Shown here piece after piece: positions 1 to 12,823 of a stretch of DNA of 64,000 nt. The stretch is from Emiliania huxleyi CCMP1516 (lineage: Eukaryota), in assembly GCF_000372725.1 (NCBI RefSeq), contig NW_005202428.1, positions 1,287,331 to 1,351,330 on the forward strand, written 5' to 3'. A program made the position numbers and the translations under genes. Within the stretch, counting starts at the first letter, position 1. Each line of letters starts with the position of its first letter. The notes under the pieces are model-generated. The model was not told the DNA's origin. It saw only the letters and a list, made by a program, of their open reading frames with translations, and did not search any database.

Positions 1-629
1 GGCTCGGAGGAGGGCGGAGCGGCGGCGCGGCGCGGCGCTGCATCACCTGCTCGAGTGGCTGCGGTGGCTCGCGCGCACGGTGCTCGCGGCGCTGTCGCCG
101 CTGGCGGCGACGATCGCGATGCGTCTCTGCACCGGCCTGCTGCACCGCACCGAGATGCCTAGCTTTGGGCTGCAGTCGCAGGCCGAGTACGAGGAGGAGA
201 GGCAGTCTAGATGAGTACAGATCCCGCACGGCACTCAAGAGGACGCGTATTCGACTGCATTCATCATAGCCCTTCTCCACGCGATGCCTCCAGTACCACT
301 TCCAGTACCACGCACGATGCCGCCTTCAGATCTGACTCTGGCGCGCCGCAGGAGCGGGAGCGAGTGACGCAGTCGGCACTCTCCGAGCTGGGCGCCTCGA
401 TACGGCGGCGCGGCGTGCCGTACGGGCTGTCGGCGCGGGCGAGGGCGCGGCTCGCCGACGTGGCGGACGGCGAGGGGACGGGAGTCACCCGCGCGGAGGC
501 TTTGCGCTGGGTGAGGCACGCTGCCGTGGACGACGAGCGCACCTTTGAGGGGTGCGGCTTCCGGATCGGAGACGACGGCCGCCGAATCGACGACGACGAC
601 AACGACGGCGCGGACTCGGACGAGGACCT
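1..629 (+). CDS. Partial hypothetical protein (probable GC-AG intron ~202-351), runs into gap
   Basis: Coding-like frames LHHLLEWLRWLARTVLAAL...EYEEE and ERERVTQSALSELG...DDDDNDGADSDED separated by a lower-GC segment ending in CAG; no family recognised. Confidence 0.4.
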
Positions 630-2159
630 NNNNNNNNNNNNNNNNNNNNNNNNNNNNNNNNNNNNNNNNNNNNNNNNNNNNNNNNNNNNNNNNNNNNNNN
701 NNNNNNNNNNNNNNNNNNNNNNNNNNNNNNNNNNNNNNNNNNNNNNNNNNNNNNNNNNNNNNNNNNNNNNNNNNNNNNNNNNNNNNNNNNNNNNNNNNNN
801 NNNNNNNNNNNNNNNNNNNNNNNNNNNNNNNNNNNNNNNNNNNNNNNNNNNNNNNNNNNNNNNNNNNNNNNNNNNNNNNNNNNNNNNNNNNNNNNNNNNN
901 NNNNNNNNNNNNNNNNNNNNNNNNNNNNNNNNNNNNNNNNNNNNNNNNNNNNNNNNNNNNNNNNNNNNNNNNNNNNNNNNNNNNNNNNNNNNNNNNNNNN
1001 NNNNNNNNNNNNNNNNNNNNNNNNNNNNNNNNNNNNNNNNNNNNNNNNNNNNNNNNNNNNNNNNNNNNNNNNNNNNNNNNNNNNNNNNNNNNNNNNNNNN
1101 NNNNNNNNNNNNNNNNNNNNNNNNNNNNNNNNNNNNNNNNNNNNNNNNNNNNNNNNNNNNNNNNNNNNNNNNNNNNNNNNNNNNNNNNNNNNNCGCCGTT
1201 CCGGGGGGCAGATTAGGGGGGAAGCCGGGGGCCCAGGGGGGAGGGAAATTTGGGGGCCCCTTCCCCCCCCCCCCCCCCCCCGCCCCGCCCCGCCGCCGCC
1301 CTTTCCCCGCCGCGGTCTCCGCCCCCCCACCTATCGGACATCCCCCCAGGCAGCGAGCCCGGAGACGACGCCGCGACGTGGGCAAACCTGCTGCTGGTTC
1401 GACGAGTGGCGACTCGCGTGCGGGACGTGACCGCGAGGCGGCGAGCGCTGCTGCCGGCGCTGCAGGTCCGCCGGGGCCGCCCAACAGCTGCCCAACAGCG
1501 AGACGCGCGAGGATGCCCTCGCCTCGTGCTCCTGCCCGGGGAGACCGGCCCACCCTTCAAACCGCGAGCGACCTCCGCGCTGCTCCTTGCCTTGCCCCGC
1601 AGGCGGTGTCGGAGGCGCTCGAGGCCATGTGGGCGCTGGTGCTGCCCGGCATATAGCTTGTGCTGCGTAGCTCTGGCCGGCTCGCTACGAGTGACTACGC
1701 GTCGGGTGACCGGGGCCCCGCGTTCTCTCGGCGAACGCGGAACGGGCGGCGTATCGGTCCGGCTGCGACTTGCGTCGATCGCCCTCGCGCGCAGGGCGAA
1801 AACCGAAAAGCCCGAACATCCAAGAGCAGGACGAGGAAGAGAAGTCACAGAAGAGAAGTGATCTATTATCGGGTTAATAGAAGGCGGTATCCGGTGTGTA
1901 TGACTCTATACTGAAAATACCGCCACGCCACAGCACACACACACACACCCGCCACGCGGTCACGATGGTACTGCGACGGTGTATCATTCACTTTATGCCA
2001 CCGTTGCATATCCGGATATGCAACGGTGGCATAAAGTGAATGATACACCGTCGCAGGTACGAACTGCTACGACGTACGAGAGGGAGAGCGCGCGCGCGAG
2101 AGAGGTCAGAGGAAGAGGTGTGTACGGTAACGAACGAGCCCCCGTGTAAGCCCCTGCTC

Positions 2160-3002
2160 TTACTTAGAGCGAAGCTGAGAAGCGCGCGCCTCCTCCGCGT
2201 CCCGGTCCCTGAGCGCTTCCCGGTGGTGCAGCTCTCCCGCCAGCGCGCCGTGCTGCCCGACGAGAGAGACGTACAGCGAAGCGAGCGAGGCGTGCGCCGG
2301 GTCCCCCGCGGTGAGCATCGCCGCATACTTGTCGACGAGGACGTCGCAGAGGGTTGCGTAGTCGCGGAGAGACAAGAGGACCTCCTGCGCCGCCGCGCCG
2401 ACGGCGATGTGCGAGGCGGCGCGGGCGTACGCCGCCTGCCTCGCCGCCTCATCCGCCGCAACCGCAGCACGCAGCCGCGCCGAGGCCGCCGCCCGCGTGC
2501 TGCGCCGTGACTTGGCCGGCGAGGCGGCTATCTTGTCAAGGATCGCCGCCGCGGCCTTCTGAAGCGAGGTGTCGGCTGTGTTGAAGCTATCGAGCACCAC
2601 GTCTGTGCACTTCGTCCCCGCGGCGCTAGCCTGTACAAGTGCCTGCACCACGGCTGGCTGCCGTAGCAGCACGCGCTCGCGCGCCGCCGCAATCTCCTTG
2701 TGGGAGCCTTGCCGCGGTGGCAGCGCTCGCGGCGGCGGCGGCACTGGCGTCGGCGGGGCGGACATGGGAAGGCTGTCCATCGACAGAGATGATGGTGCCT
2801 TCCACATTTCCGCAGGTGGCGCCGTATCCAGAGGGATCTCCACAAAGGCCGCGGCCCGCACTGCCCGAGGCGGCGCCCGCTGCGTCCTCAGAAACACGTC
2901 CTGGGGCGTCACTGAGGAGGACGGCGCAACCGCTGACGTTCGCTTCGCGGAGCGCGACGGGCAACAGCCCAGGCAGCCCAGGCAGCCCATACGTGCATTC
3001 AC
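2160..3002 (-). CDS. Hypothetical protein (~280 aa)
   Basis: Long ORF with helical-looking C-terminal half and Cys-rich N-terminus (MGCLGCLGCC); no family recognised. Confidence 0.45.
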   Translation of the reverse strand: MNARMGCLGCLGCCPSRSAKRTSAVAPSSSVTPQDVFLRTQRAPPRAVRAAAFVEIPLDTAPPAEMWKAPSSLSMDSLPMSAPPTPVPPPPRALPPRQGSHKEIAAARERVLLRQPAVVQALVQASAAGTKCTDVVLDSFNTADTSLQKAAAAILDKIAASPAKSRRSTRAAASARLRAAVAADEAARQAAYARAASHIAVGAAAQEVLLSLRDYATLCDVLVDKYAAMLTAGDPAHASLASLYVSLVGQHGALAGELHHREALRDRDAEEARASQLRSK

Positions 3003-3293
3003 TGTACTCCGCGGCCTTTCGGCGACCTACCGGGTTTTCGTACAAGTCGACGCTGTTCACAAAAGCACAAGATGTCCAGTCCGAGCCTGGCTGTTCGTCA
3101 CCTTACTACATACATACATACATCGACACTGTCTGTATCTGTGTGTGTGCGAGAATAGCTCCGCCGTTCATGGAGGCAACCGATGCGAGTCGACTGGGAG
3201 AGTTCAGACGTCGCTCAGGCGCCTGTCGTCTTTCGTCTTTTGTCGCATTTCGCACACGCGCACGCCGCGCGACCCGCGTCGCTCCGCGAGGGC

Positions 3294-3788
3294 ATGAGCC
3301 TTCCGCGATTCGAGCCCGCAGCCAAAAGCTGCTCGCTCGAACCGCGGCCGACTCTGCCACCGCGGCCGCAGCTGCTGAGCACTCCAGAAAACTGGTGCCT
3401 CATATGCTGCCTCCCTGCGGATGCTGCCGGCGAGCCTGGCGGTCCGCTGTACTACAAGGATGTGCTGACTCGATTCTACCTCGAATTCTTCTACCCCCAC
3501 GACTCGGAACACGAATGTGACAGGACCATCGGGTCCTTCGGCCACCAAAGCGGGATCACCCGAGAGCAGCTGAGCCTGCCTCTGGCCTCGCCTCCCTCTC
3601 CTTCAGGCATTCGTGGCATCCTATGGGTCGTCCAGAGTATCGACCTCTGGCTTGTCAGCCGCCCCACCGAGGGCACCATGAAGTACAGCGATCGCCACCT
3701 CGCTGGCCTCTCCGCAGGCCCCCCCGACCGCGTCGAACTCATCGGCGCGGGCTCTCTCAGCGACGGGACCGGCCCCAGCTTCGGCTGA
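3294..3788 (+). CDS. Hypothetical protein or gene fragment
   Basis: Coding-like stretch GGPLYYKDVLTRFYLEFFYPHD...; start uncertain, no family recognised. Confidence 0.25.
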   Translation: MSLPRFEPAAKSCSLEPRPTLPPRPQLLSTPENWCLICCLPADAAGEPGGPLYYKDVLTRFYLEFFYPHDSEHECDRTIGSFGHQSGITREQLSLPLASPPSPSGIRGILWVVQSIDLWLVSRPTEGTMKYSDRHLAGLSAGPPDRVELIGAGSLSDGTGPSFG

Positions 3789-4766
3789 GGGCTGACAAGC
3801 TGCCGAGCCCAAATCACTGTGAGAGTCGTGATTTCTTGTCGACTGGTGTGTTGTCGTCGTGGTTTCGTATCAAGAATACTCACTCACTCACACTGTCTGT
3901 ATCTGTACGCTAAAGCGCACCATCGCGGCTCGAGCGTCTCTGAGAGGGCCACCTTGCTCTAATAAGAATTGGCCCCTTAGGCTTAGCTGGGAATAGGACC
4001 GCCGCAAGACAGTGACAGTCACAAAATGGGGTCCTGTTCACAGACCTTGAGACTTGAGCACCGATAGGGCTGGTACGGTCAACCCTCGCGATCGTCTCGC
4101 CCTTCCCTCACTGGTGTGTTCATTGGGGGGTCCTCACAAACACGGCTCACGGGACAGGGTCGAGGTGCACGCCGCCGAGGCGGTGTCGTCCCCCCCCTCC
4201 ATCATCTCACTGTGAGACGTCGGCGGTTGTGGCGGTGTGACCGATCGAGCCAAAAGAGGAGCTTGTTCAGCGGGATCCGGGAAGTCGGATCACCCGGGAT
4301 GCACTGTCTCACTCTCTGTGATTCTGTGGGCCTGAGTTCACCACACGACACCATCCCGTCACCACTGGGTTTGTGTGTGGGGTCGAAAACCACTCCGGGA
4401 TGGGCAAGCCGAAGCCCCATAGTTTTGAGTCACGCATACCTTCTTATTCAGAAGGAAATACCTCCGATGGCGCGCTCTGCGCGCTGGTCTATCGCAGGTC
4501 GCTATCGCCACACACAAAAGCACAACCCCGGGCGCCCGCGAAATCGGCAAATCTCGCACGACGAGACAGCACAGTGCGTCGCAGTCGAGACTCGAGTACG
4601 GCTTTATACAAACGAATGCGCCTGCGGGCGGACCATTGGGGCAGGTGGGGCGGACCCTCCGCACCGACAGCTCACACTTCACAGTCGAGTCGCGGGAGGG
4701 GTGCTGGAAAGGAAACGAAAGAAAGGCTTTGCTCCTCACTGATCTAGAGCCGTGTTCCAATCCCCG

Positions 4767-5505
4767 CTAAACACTGGATCCGGGCGGCTGCGCGCTCAGG
4801 AGGTCTGCACTCGGGTCCACGCGCGGGACGATGGCGCCGCTGGAGAGCACCGCGATGGTCCCAGGCGGCGTGAGGAGCGAGCCACCAGGCAGCGGTAACT
4901 CCTTGGAAATTCGTTCGCAGTAGCCCTGGTGCGACCAGCGGAGAAGCGAGCCTCGCCAGACCAGCCACGCGGATGACTCCTCCTCGCCCTCCCGCACTAG
5001 CTCCAGCATTGCACCGTCGGGAAGATGCTTCACGTCGCCGCTGATTGCATGCCGCCGCTTATGCCCGCCGCCATCGATGCGCTGCGTGTGCAGAGCGGTG
5101 TCCACTCGGGCGGCGGACCACCTCTCCTCGGACGGGTGGCTCCGCGCCCATTCAACCATGAATGCATCAAAGGCGGCGCGGCGGCAGCAGCTGCAGGGGC
5201 GGTGGCCGGCCGCTAGGGCGGTCGCTTCGTCGAGGAAGAAGAGTTCGGTGTAGCGACTCGGGGAGAAGAGGACGCGCCGCCGGCCGTTGAAAGCTCTGTT
5301 GTCATTACGCTGCACCTTCCGAGTCCGGTCCACCTCTAGCTTGCACGCGAGCCACGCCTTGCTGGCAAAGGCCCTCACCACCTCCTTGTTGTCGTCGTGC
5401 AGGCACCCCCGATTTCCAAAGCATGCAGTCTGGCGAGGGTAGCGTCGCCACTGCTGTGCCCCACGGCGAGACGCGATTCTGATATGGTCGGCAGCCGCCC
5501 GTCAT
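4767..5505 (-). CDS. Bacterial-type conserved hypothetical protein with Ada-like metal-binding motif; frameshift near 5420
   Basis: YQNRVSPWG...(frameshift)...FGNRGCLHD...YTELFFLDEATALAAGHRPCSCCRR...LPDGAM...WSHQGY resembles a conserved family I recall from bacteria and fungi; no introns; ATG at 5505. Confidence 0.7.
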
Positions 5506-6412
5506 CGGAGGCCCCCACCAGAAGTCCCGTGTACTTCCCTGTTTCACGGCATGTGTGTGTCTCTCTCTCATGCTGTAGGTATTTGTTGGCAAATCAAGAC
5601 ACAGATCTAAATCACAGTGGGTGGAAAGCGAACGAGTTACTTAACAGGGGTCAGTTAGTGCGGGCCACCCTGTCCAGAGGCGGACGGAGGTGCCTTTCTC
5701 TCTCTGTTTGTTTGTGTTTTGCTCATCAGTGTACGTACGTACGTACTTTTAGCTTACTGGGAGAAAAGAGAGAGGGGGTTGTGTTCTCTAGGCCCCTAGG
5801 GGCCCTACGCGCGGCGTGAGAGCTCGGAAGCGAGCTTAGCACGCGGCGATCGAGGATGGCACGGTTCACCCCCTTCACCGAAGCGATCTCTCCCTCAGTG
5901 TATGTAGCTCTTACGTACATTCCCGGACGGAGGAGGACTGCTGACGGGGTTTGCGATGAGAAGCGATCCGAACGTGGCATTCGGGTGATCAGATCACTAC
6001 TTTCTTGTAGGTATGTTGTTGGCAAATCTGGGATCTTGCGATCGAGTCTATGCAGCCCTCGGCCACGCTCTCCTCTCGTGGCTGATAAGCAATGCGATGA
6101 TCGCAGACCAGGCGATGGAGATGGCGGGGAGCACGGGTGTGACTGCTCACCAAGGCCGAGGGGGGCACGACACGCACCGACCCTTCACGAAACGGCATGT
6201 GGTCCTCCGTACGCGTACGAGGGTCTCCCCTTCTTCGTGACCACCTCTAACTTTCGATTTGCCTTCAACAAACCTCTAACTTTCCATGAAGACGTCCGTC
6301 CTTCGCGCCGCTTCAGTTGCGAGCATTTAGCGTCACGACGCGGCGAGCACAACGCAAACCCCGTCAGCAGTCCGCCTCCGGGTGTGTTCGTAAGAACTAC
6401 GTACGGACAAAT

Positions 6413-7776
6413 ATGGACCTGGACGATTGCTTTGCGTACACGACAAGCGTGAGGGTGAGAGTGCGCCACAGGATTCTCGGCTGCCTGTTTTATGGCGTGA
6501 GCCTGTCCATTCTTGTCGGCTACGTGGGGGTGTATGAGCTCTACATCCGAGAACGGTGGGGTGAGCTCGAGGCTCTCGGAGGGACACTCAAGGTGACTGC
6601 AAGGCCGGACGAATCGCTCGTTCCGGTTGACACGCTTCCCTACTGCTCACAGGCTGTCGTGCATGGCCCTTCGCCTGCCGTCCGCAAGCCTTGCATGTCT
6701 TTTGATCGTGTGACGACAATCGCAGAAGCCACACCGCAGACCCTCCTCGTGGGGACACGGCTCGTATCCATTGTCGAGCTGCGTAACAAATCCTGCCGCG
6801 CGCATACTTACGGCTGCGAGCGGTGGGCGCCGCACACGCGCGATGACGCCTTTGTTCCAGACGTCGAGCGCCACGCGGTCATTGTGCAGCACGAGCTGGC
6901 CGATTCGGCGAGCGGCCGCGAGGGGTTCGACACTGCTCTGCCTCGCTCGGCGCCCCTCGTGTCGGGGGATGGCGGCGCTCTGCGAGTGGTTGCGTGCACC
7001 GGAGTGCGAGATCCCGATCCTGCCTGCCCCTTCAGCGGTGACCTCCTCCATGTGCGAGATCTGCTCTTTGTGACTGGGCTCGACCTTGACGCGCCTTTGC
7101 AGGCTACATCGTCGCTGCGCGTGCGTGGGGTGAGCTTGCGGCTCGAGCTAGTGTACAATGGCTCCGGCTACAGCTATCGCGCGAGATCCACCAAGCTGGA
7201 CGCGAACGTGCTGCGCGTGGACACCCTCAACGAATCGGCCCGCGTAATATCCGGCCTGCACGGAATTGGCCTAAGCCTTGTCGAGACCGGCGGAATGCGG
7301 CGGCTTGAGTGGCGTACGGTGCTGCTGACGATCATATCCGGATTTGCGCTGCTCTCAGCTGCCAAAACCGTCGCCGACCTCTTCCTGCTGCACTTTGCAC
7401 CGCGGCGGGACGACTACCGCCTCTTTGTTGAGCAGGTCGCCTACCTGCTTCCCACATCAGAGGCTTACTCAGCCCTATGCCCTGTGCCTTGAGCCCACTA
7501 CCCGCCTTGTTGCCCGATAGCTGACTCCAGATTTTGGGCCCGACACCGAGCACGAGGCGCAAGTCCTCGATCGAGTGAGCCCCGCCGCTTGCCCACCCCG
7601 GCCTCCGCGCGCAATCAAACGCATCTTCCGGCCTGTTTTATGTTTAGGTTCTCGCCCGCAAGCGACGAGAGCGCAACGAGGTGGCACTCAGAGAGGTGGC
7701 TGTTGCGGAGACAGCTAGCATGAGTGCGCCTGCAGACGCGGCGCTGCTGTCCGGCGGCGAACAGCAACAACACTGA
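6413..7776 (+). CDS. P2X purinoceptor-like ligand-gated cation channel (Dictyostelium/algal type)
   Basis: MDLDDCFAYTTSVRVRVRHRILG + TM1, Cys-containing ectodomain, HGIGLSLVETGG...TVLLTIISGFALLSAAKTVAD TM2; two small 3' exons after GT-AG introns; stop 7774-7776. Confidence 0.8.
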
Positions 7777-8300
7777 ACTGACTCAGGTCGAAGTGAGAGC
7801 CTCCTAGTACCTCCCTTTGACCCTTTCCCCCTCGTTTCCCTTTTTTCAAACAGGCAACCCAATCAAAGAATTTTACAAGAAAACTCGCTCCGTCGGAAAG
7901 AAAGCAGGCGCCTCCGTGTCGTTCACGTGTGTCGTGTGTCCGAGAGCGCCTCTTTCACAAGAGGCGCAGCAAAAGCAACAGTGCGCTCTGTGCCCCAACG
8001 CGATCTGGCGCCTCCGGCCTGCTCCTGCGCGGTCCCTTTCCATTCCCACTGGCCCAAAACGCTCTGCAGGCACCGATGGTCCCCTTGTGGGGGGCTCAGT
8101 TGAAGATCGGTGGAAAGAAAGAATTCTTAAGATACAAGCCTCTCTCACAGCACACTGGCACGACAAGGGCGCGGACTGGCGCGGACTGGCACACGCACCG
8201 GCTCACCACCGGAGCCGCCTAAGCGACTCCGTTAAGAACGGCAATGCATTCCGCACCGTGCACAATGCCGCTCTCCCCGAAAGAAAGAAAATTCTCGACG

Positions 8301-9151
8301 ATGGCGGCGGCCGCGACGAGCTCTGAGCCCGAGGTGGCCTCGCTCCTCGGGTGCGCCGCAGATTACGTCCACGCCTCCATCTGCGCTCAGATTCGGCGCT
8401 TCGCTGCTGGCGACAGCCCGTGGGCGCTGCAGGTCGGCCCGAGCAGCGCCGGGCCTGCCTCGGGTGACGGAGTGCAGCTAATCGGCACGTGTCCTGCCGG
8501 AAGCGTGCTGGCCTGCTACCCTGGCGTCACGTACGCGCTCGAGGATCTCCCAGTGATGAGCAAGATCGTGCTTCCGGGCAATGCGTACGTCGTGGCTCGA
8601 CGCGACGGCGTCCTTCTCGATGCGAGGCACAGGCTGCACAGCTCTCACTACTAGTGCGCAATACCGATCCGGCGCGCGCGTCTACCTAGGCCCGACGGCG
8701 CCAGCGCCGCTGTCCTCGAGATGGCCAGGGCACGAGACGCCGCGCGCAGGACGCCGCAGTCTCCCGCCGGCGGCGGCGCGTTTGCAATTGGCCACAAGGT
8801 GAACCACCCGCCGCCGCATTCGAGGCCGAATGTGCTGCTCTACCCGTTCGACCTGCAGCGCGGGCAGCACGAGGAGCTGCAGGCGTTGCTCGGCGTGCTG
8901 CCCTTCCGCCCGCCCACCGAGGGCGAGCCCGCCTGTCGCTCGGCGGTCCTCATCGCGACGCGACAGCTCGCAGACGAGGCGCCCCTCGTGCGGCCCGCTG
9001 GGGAGGGCACCTGCGCCGCCGGGAGACTCCTTGTGCTACCTGCCGCCGTCTGACAGACCCGACTCTTCCGCAGGAGCTCTTTCTGGACTACAAGTTGCGA
9101 GTCGACGGGCCAGTCGAGCCGTGGTATCATCCCGTGGATCGCGAGGCATGA
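8301..9151 (+). CDS. SET-domain protein, SETD9-like
   Basis: G.V...YPGVTY, AIGHKVNHPP...PNV, VLIATRQLADE|ELFLDYKL...PWYHPVD; two GC-AG introns (~8627-8689, ~8979-9073). Confidence 0.75.
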
Positions 9152-9419
9152 GCTTTGTGACTCACTGAAACTCTCTGTGTGAGATCTGCGCGCGGGTGCG
9201 CGAAACCTGTTGGCCTAGCGATTATAACTACCCCCATGTATCGCCTTCCCACCCTTCACGCTCCGCGAAAAGTGTCTCAAGAGCGCTCAGGGTGAGTTCG
9301 CACTCTATTAATATGCCCTCGCTCGCCACACGCGACTCTCGTGTCTGCACTGTCTCGGAGCAGTGCACAGCTCATGATAGACTCATACCTCGCCGTCCGG
9401 GTGCGCCTGGTTCATCGAC

Positions 9420-12030
9420 GTGAACTGTCGCCTCAGGTTTGTTTTTACCCGATTGAGCTGAGTCGTCGCCCGTTCCAACTGCAGACAGACGCGAGTCGGT
9501 GGGTGTGAGTGGGTGGGTTCGGGGACGTGGTCTGTGTGGGCCGGGGTGGCGAGTGCCAGAGTGCCGCTGCCCGCCGCTTCCCGCCGCTTCCGCTCTTCGG
9601 CGCGAAAGGAGCGGGTGCGTTGGAAGGCGGTGGTCAACATCTTGACGCTCGAGCGGTAGGTGCTCGCCTAAGCGACCATCACTGACCCCGGTCGCTAGGA
9701 GAATCATTCTGACGACCCGCGAGCCATGCCTCGCCATGTGGTAGTGGGCGCGGAAGAAGCTGCTTCCTACAAGCAAGAGGCGGCGGTGTGCTCCGGGGGG
9801 GAGAGGCCTCTCGCACTCGCGTGGCGGCGAAGTGACTGCCGAAGAAGAGGTTGCGCTTTGTGCGTGCCCGCTCCGAGATGGGGCCGACCGCGCCTACCAG
9901 ATGCGACGATCGTGACCTGCGCTGGGCGCGGAGCGCGTGCGGCGATCATGCACGCACCGGTCTTCTCCACCAGAACAATCGGGACGACGGCGTTCTCGAA
10001 CCCTCTCCGTTTGAAGCAGAACCACGCTCGCCAGTCGATCCGCGGGATCGGGTCGACAACGTTGGCGGACTTTGTGTTCTGATTCGTCAGAGCAATCGCC
10101 TCGCTGCAGCAGGTGGGCGCTGGCGCAACGCCGACGACGTCGCTGCAGCCGGGGCCGGGGCTGCTGTGCGTCGTTCGCTTAAAGTAGGCGGCACCCTCCG
10201 CATCAGTCCAACGGTAGGCTCCGTAGGTGACCGAATGAATCTCGAGCTGCAGCCCCTTGTCGAGCCTTTGCTGCTGCTTGACCTGAAGCGGCCGTAGGGG
10301 AAGGGGGTGAAGGGCGAGATCGAGGGAAGTTTCTGACGTCACATGCCACACACACCTGGTCGTAGAAGAGGTGGAAGGCCTGAGCCAGCGTGGCGCCGTG
10401 AGAGACGCCCGTGGACATGATGCGGTTGATACCAGCGTCCTCGAGCTCGCGCGCGGTGAGCGGCTCGAGCGCTCGCTCCGTAATCTCTGCGGTCAGGTGC
10501 ACCCGGCTGGGAGCTTGCTCGATCAGTTGCCTCTTCCACTCGGCGGGGAGCGCAAAGCGCGAGTCGGAGCCAAAGAACAGGTTGCGCAGCAGCAACCAGA
10601 GCTGACCTAAGTGAGCGAATGTGTAGAACAGCTGTGGCACTCGCCAAGGGAGGGTTCGCAAGAGATGCAGCTCACCAAAGGTCTCGATGAAGTGCGCCTA
10701 GTCGCGGCGCAAGGCGCGAGTCAAAGTGCACTGGGGTGCACGTGCTTTTGCGAGCGGGGGCTGAGGGGGCACCTTGAGTCGCAGCGCCACGGCGTCGTCG
10801 CCGTCGCCCCACTCGCTCTCGTCAAGGGCGTCCACGGGCGAGAGCCGGAACAAAGAGGCCACCTGCTTTCCCAGCTCTGCCCGAGACATGAGCCGCGTCC
10901 TCGACCAGATGCCCCAGACGCCGGTGCACAAGTTGTTCATCGTGTGCATGAAGTCAAAGGCAACGTACCTGCAGCGGTGGCACAGCCTGGGTCCGCTTGG
11001 TGTCTCGTACGGCAGATTTGGCAGTTGCGCACAGCATGTCGTTATCGCTCGCGTTGTCGGTGCTCGAGCCAATATACGCAGCAGAAGACCGGCGGAACGG
11101 GTCTTCAGGAGCCTAGAACAGCGCCAAGCGTTCGATCAAGCTGAAGTGTCCCCAGAAGATGCTTGGGGTAATGCGGCGCACCTCACTACCGCTGCTTGCC
11201 CCCTTGTCCATGGCAGGCGGAGCCTCGCCGTTGTACGGCCGCCCATCCACTGTGCTCCGCCGCCACACACGAGCTCTTGCTTGCGTCTGCTCAAATCCAA
11301 GCACGTCGGCGCTATCCCAGATTAGGGTGTAGTACCGGTCCTTGGCCGGAGCGGGCGAGGACTGCGGCTTTGGCATGCGGATCTTGACCGAATACGACGG
11401 CGCCCCGCCCTCAAACTGCGGCCCTCCGGCGGCGCGGCGGAGCAGCAGCCGCCTCTGAAGCTCGCGCCGCTCGTCGTCCTCCGGTGGAGCGACAGGGTTT
11501 GCCTTAGCCCATTTACTCAGCGGCTGGCGTGCGACAATGCGCCCGTGAGCCCAGCACCAGTCTGCTATCCTTCCAGGGCACGGCACCGGTCGGCTCTCGC
11601 CAGCCCTAGCATGGTGAGGGGCAGCGGTCGGGGCCTAGTTGGTTCGAGAGGCATGGGTCGTGGGTCTTCGGCGGTCATGCCTAGCAGCACATGCGCGCAG
11701 TACGGGTGTGTTCGTGCGGGTACTTTGAGGCGAACCCTGCCATGTTGGCTGCAAGAATGCTGGTGATGAACAGCGAGCCTTCGTCGGCGGCACGCAACGC
11801 CCATGGCGGCAAGGTATCGAGCGCTTGATTTGCCACTTTTTCGGCTCGAAGGACCGAGGGGCGCCGATTGATGGGAGGCTCCGCAATTTTGACCTGCTCC
11901 TTTCCCTCTCGGATGTCACCGTCGCCGCTCACCTCGCGCCCTTGCAACACCGCCGCGCCATCGTCACCGTCATCGTCTGCTTCCTGAGCCTCACCTGCCG
12001 GAGATGAGCGAGGTGTGAGCGGATACATTG
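9420..12030 (-). pseudogene. Degraded multi-exon gene with a lipase class-3-like alpha/beta-hydrolase C-terminal region
   Basis: IMSTGVSHGATLA (GxSxG elbow), HSVTYGAYRW, VVDPIPRID; upstream coding-like frames contain an in-frame stop (~11113) and frame breaks. Confidence 0.4.
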
Positions 12031-12823
12031 CTAGCGTCCAAGGTACCCCCACAGTGAACGCGGGACTCTCTTTCCATCTAAGATGCCCTGCCCTTTGCCT
12101 CGGGCTCGGCCTCAAACTCAATGACTGACGGGCGCTCTTGCCCTTTAGTCTCTGGTGCGTCCACCATCGTTGAGTCGGAGAGGAGTCTGCTGTATGGGTT
12201 GGGTTCCGTGCCGAAGGGAATGGTTAAGCGTGGAGATGCAGAGTCGTCTCGCAGGCGGAGGCCGAACCACGGGGTCGGACGTACGTGCGACCGCCGCGCA
12301 CTTATTCCATAGTCACGACTGATGACCTCGCTGTGGGCCGGTGTTACTCGTAGGTTTGTTGACGTCACGGTGTGTTTCGCGCGGAGGCGGTGCCAGAGGG
12401 AGCGAAGGTGCTCCGCCCGCTGTCTGTTCGTTGGGGGTCGTCACCCGCCCCATCATGCAGGCAAACAAAAACAAATATAAAATGTTGCATGCATGCCGCG
12501 TATACTCGCTGTCGGTGCAGCGCACTACTCCGCGTGAGCCTGCTCGTTGCGGTGACGAGGATAGGAGAGCCCGGAGGAGCTCCGCTAGGGCGGTTTGATC
12601 GCCGTGTTGTTGGTATGCTTTCGCGCGCACGGATCGCCTGCGTTGTGCAGATATGGTTGTACCCTTGAGAGTGTCTCTCCGCGCACTCTCTATCCCCCCC
12701 CCTCCCCCCGGGTAGGGAAACGAGTGATTTCTTGGGCGGCGGGGGCGCACCATGGGGCGCACATACACATTAAAATACAGTATACACTCTCAGGCGCGAG
12801 GCGGCGCAGGCCCCACATGGCTT

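Noticed and set aside
211..1656. Long ORFs containing X runs (also at 23.3-23.8, 41.2-42.4 and 52.1-53.2 kb)
   Set aside because: They are open only because they cross N-gaps.
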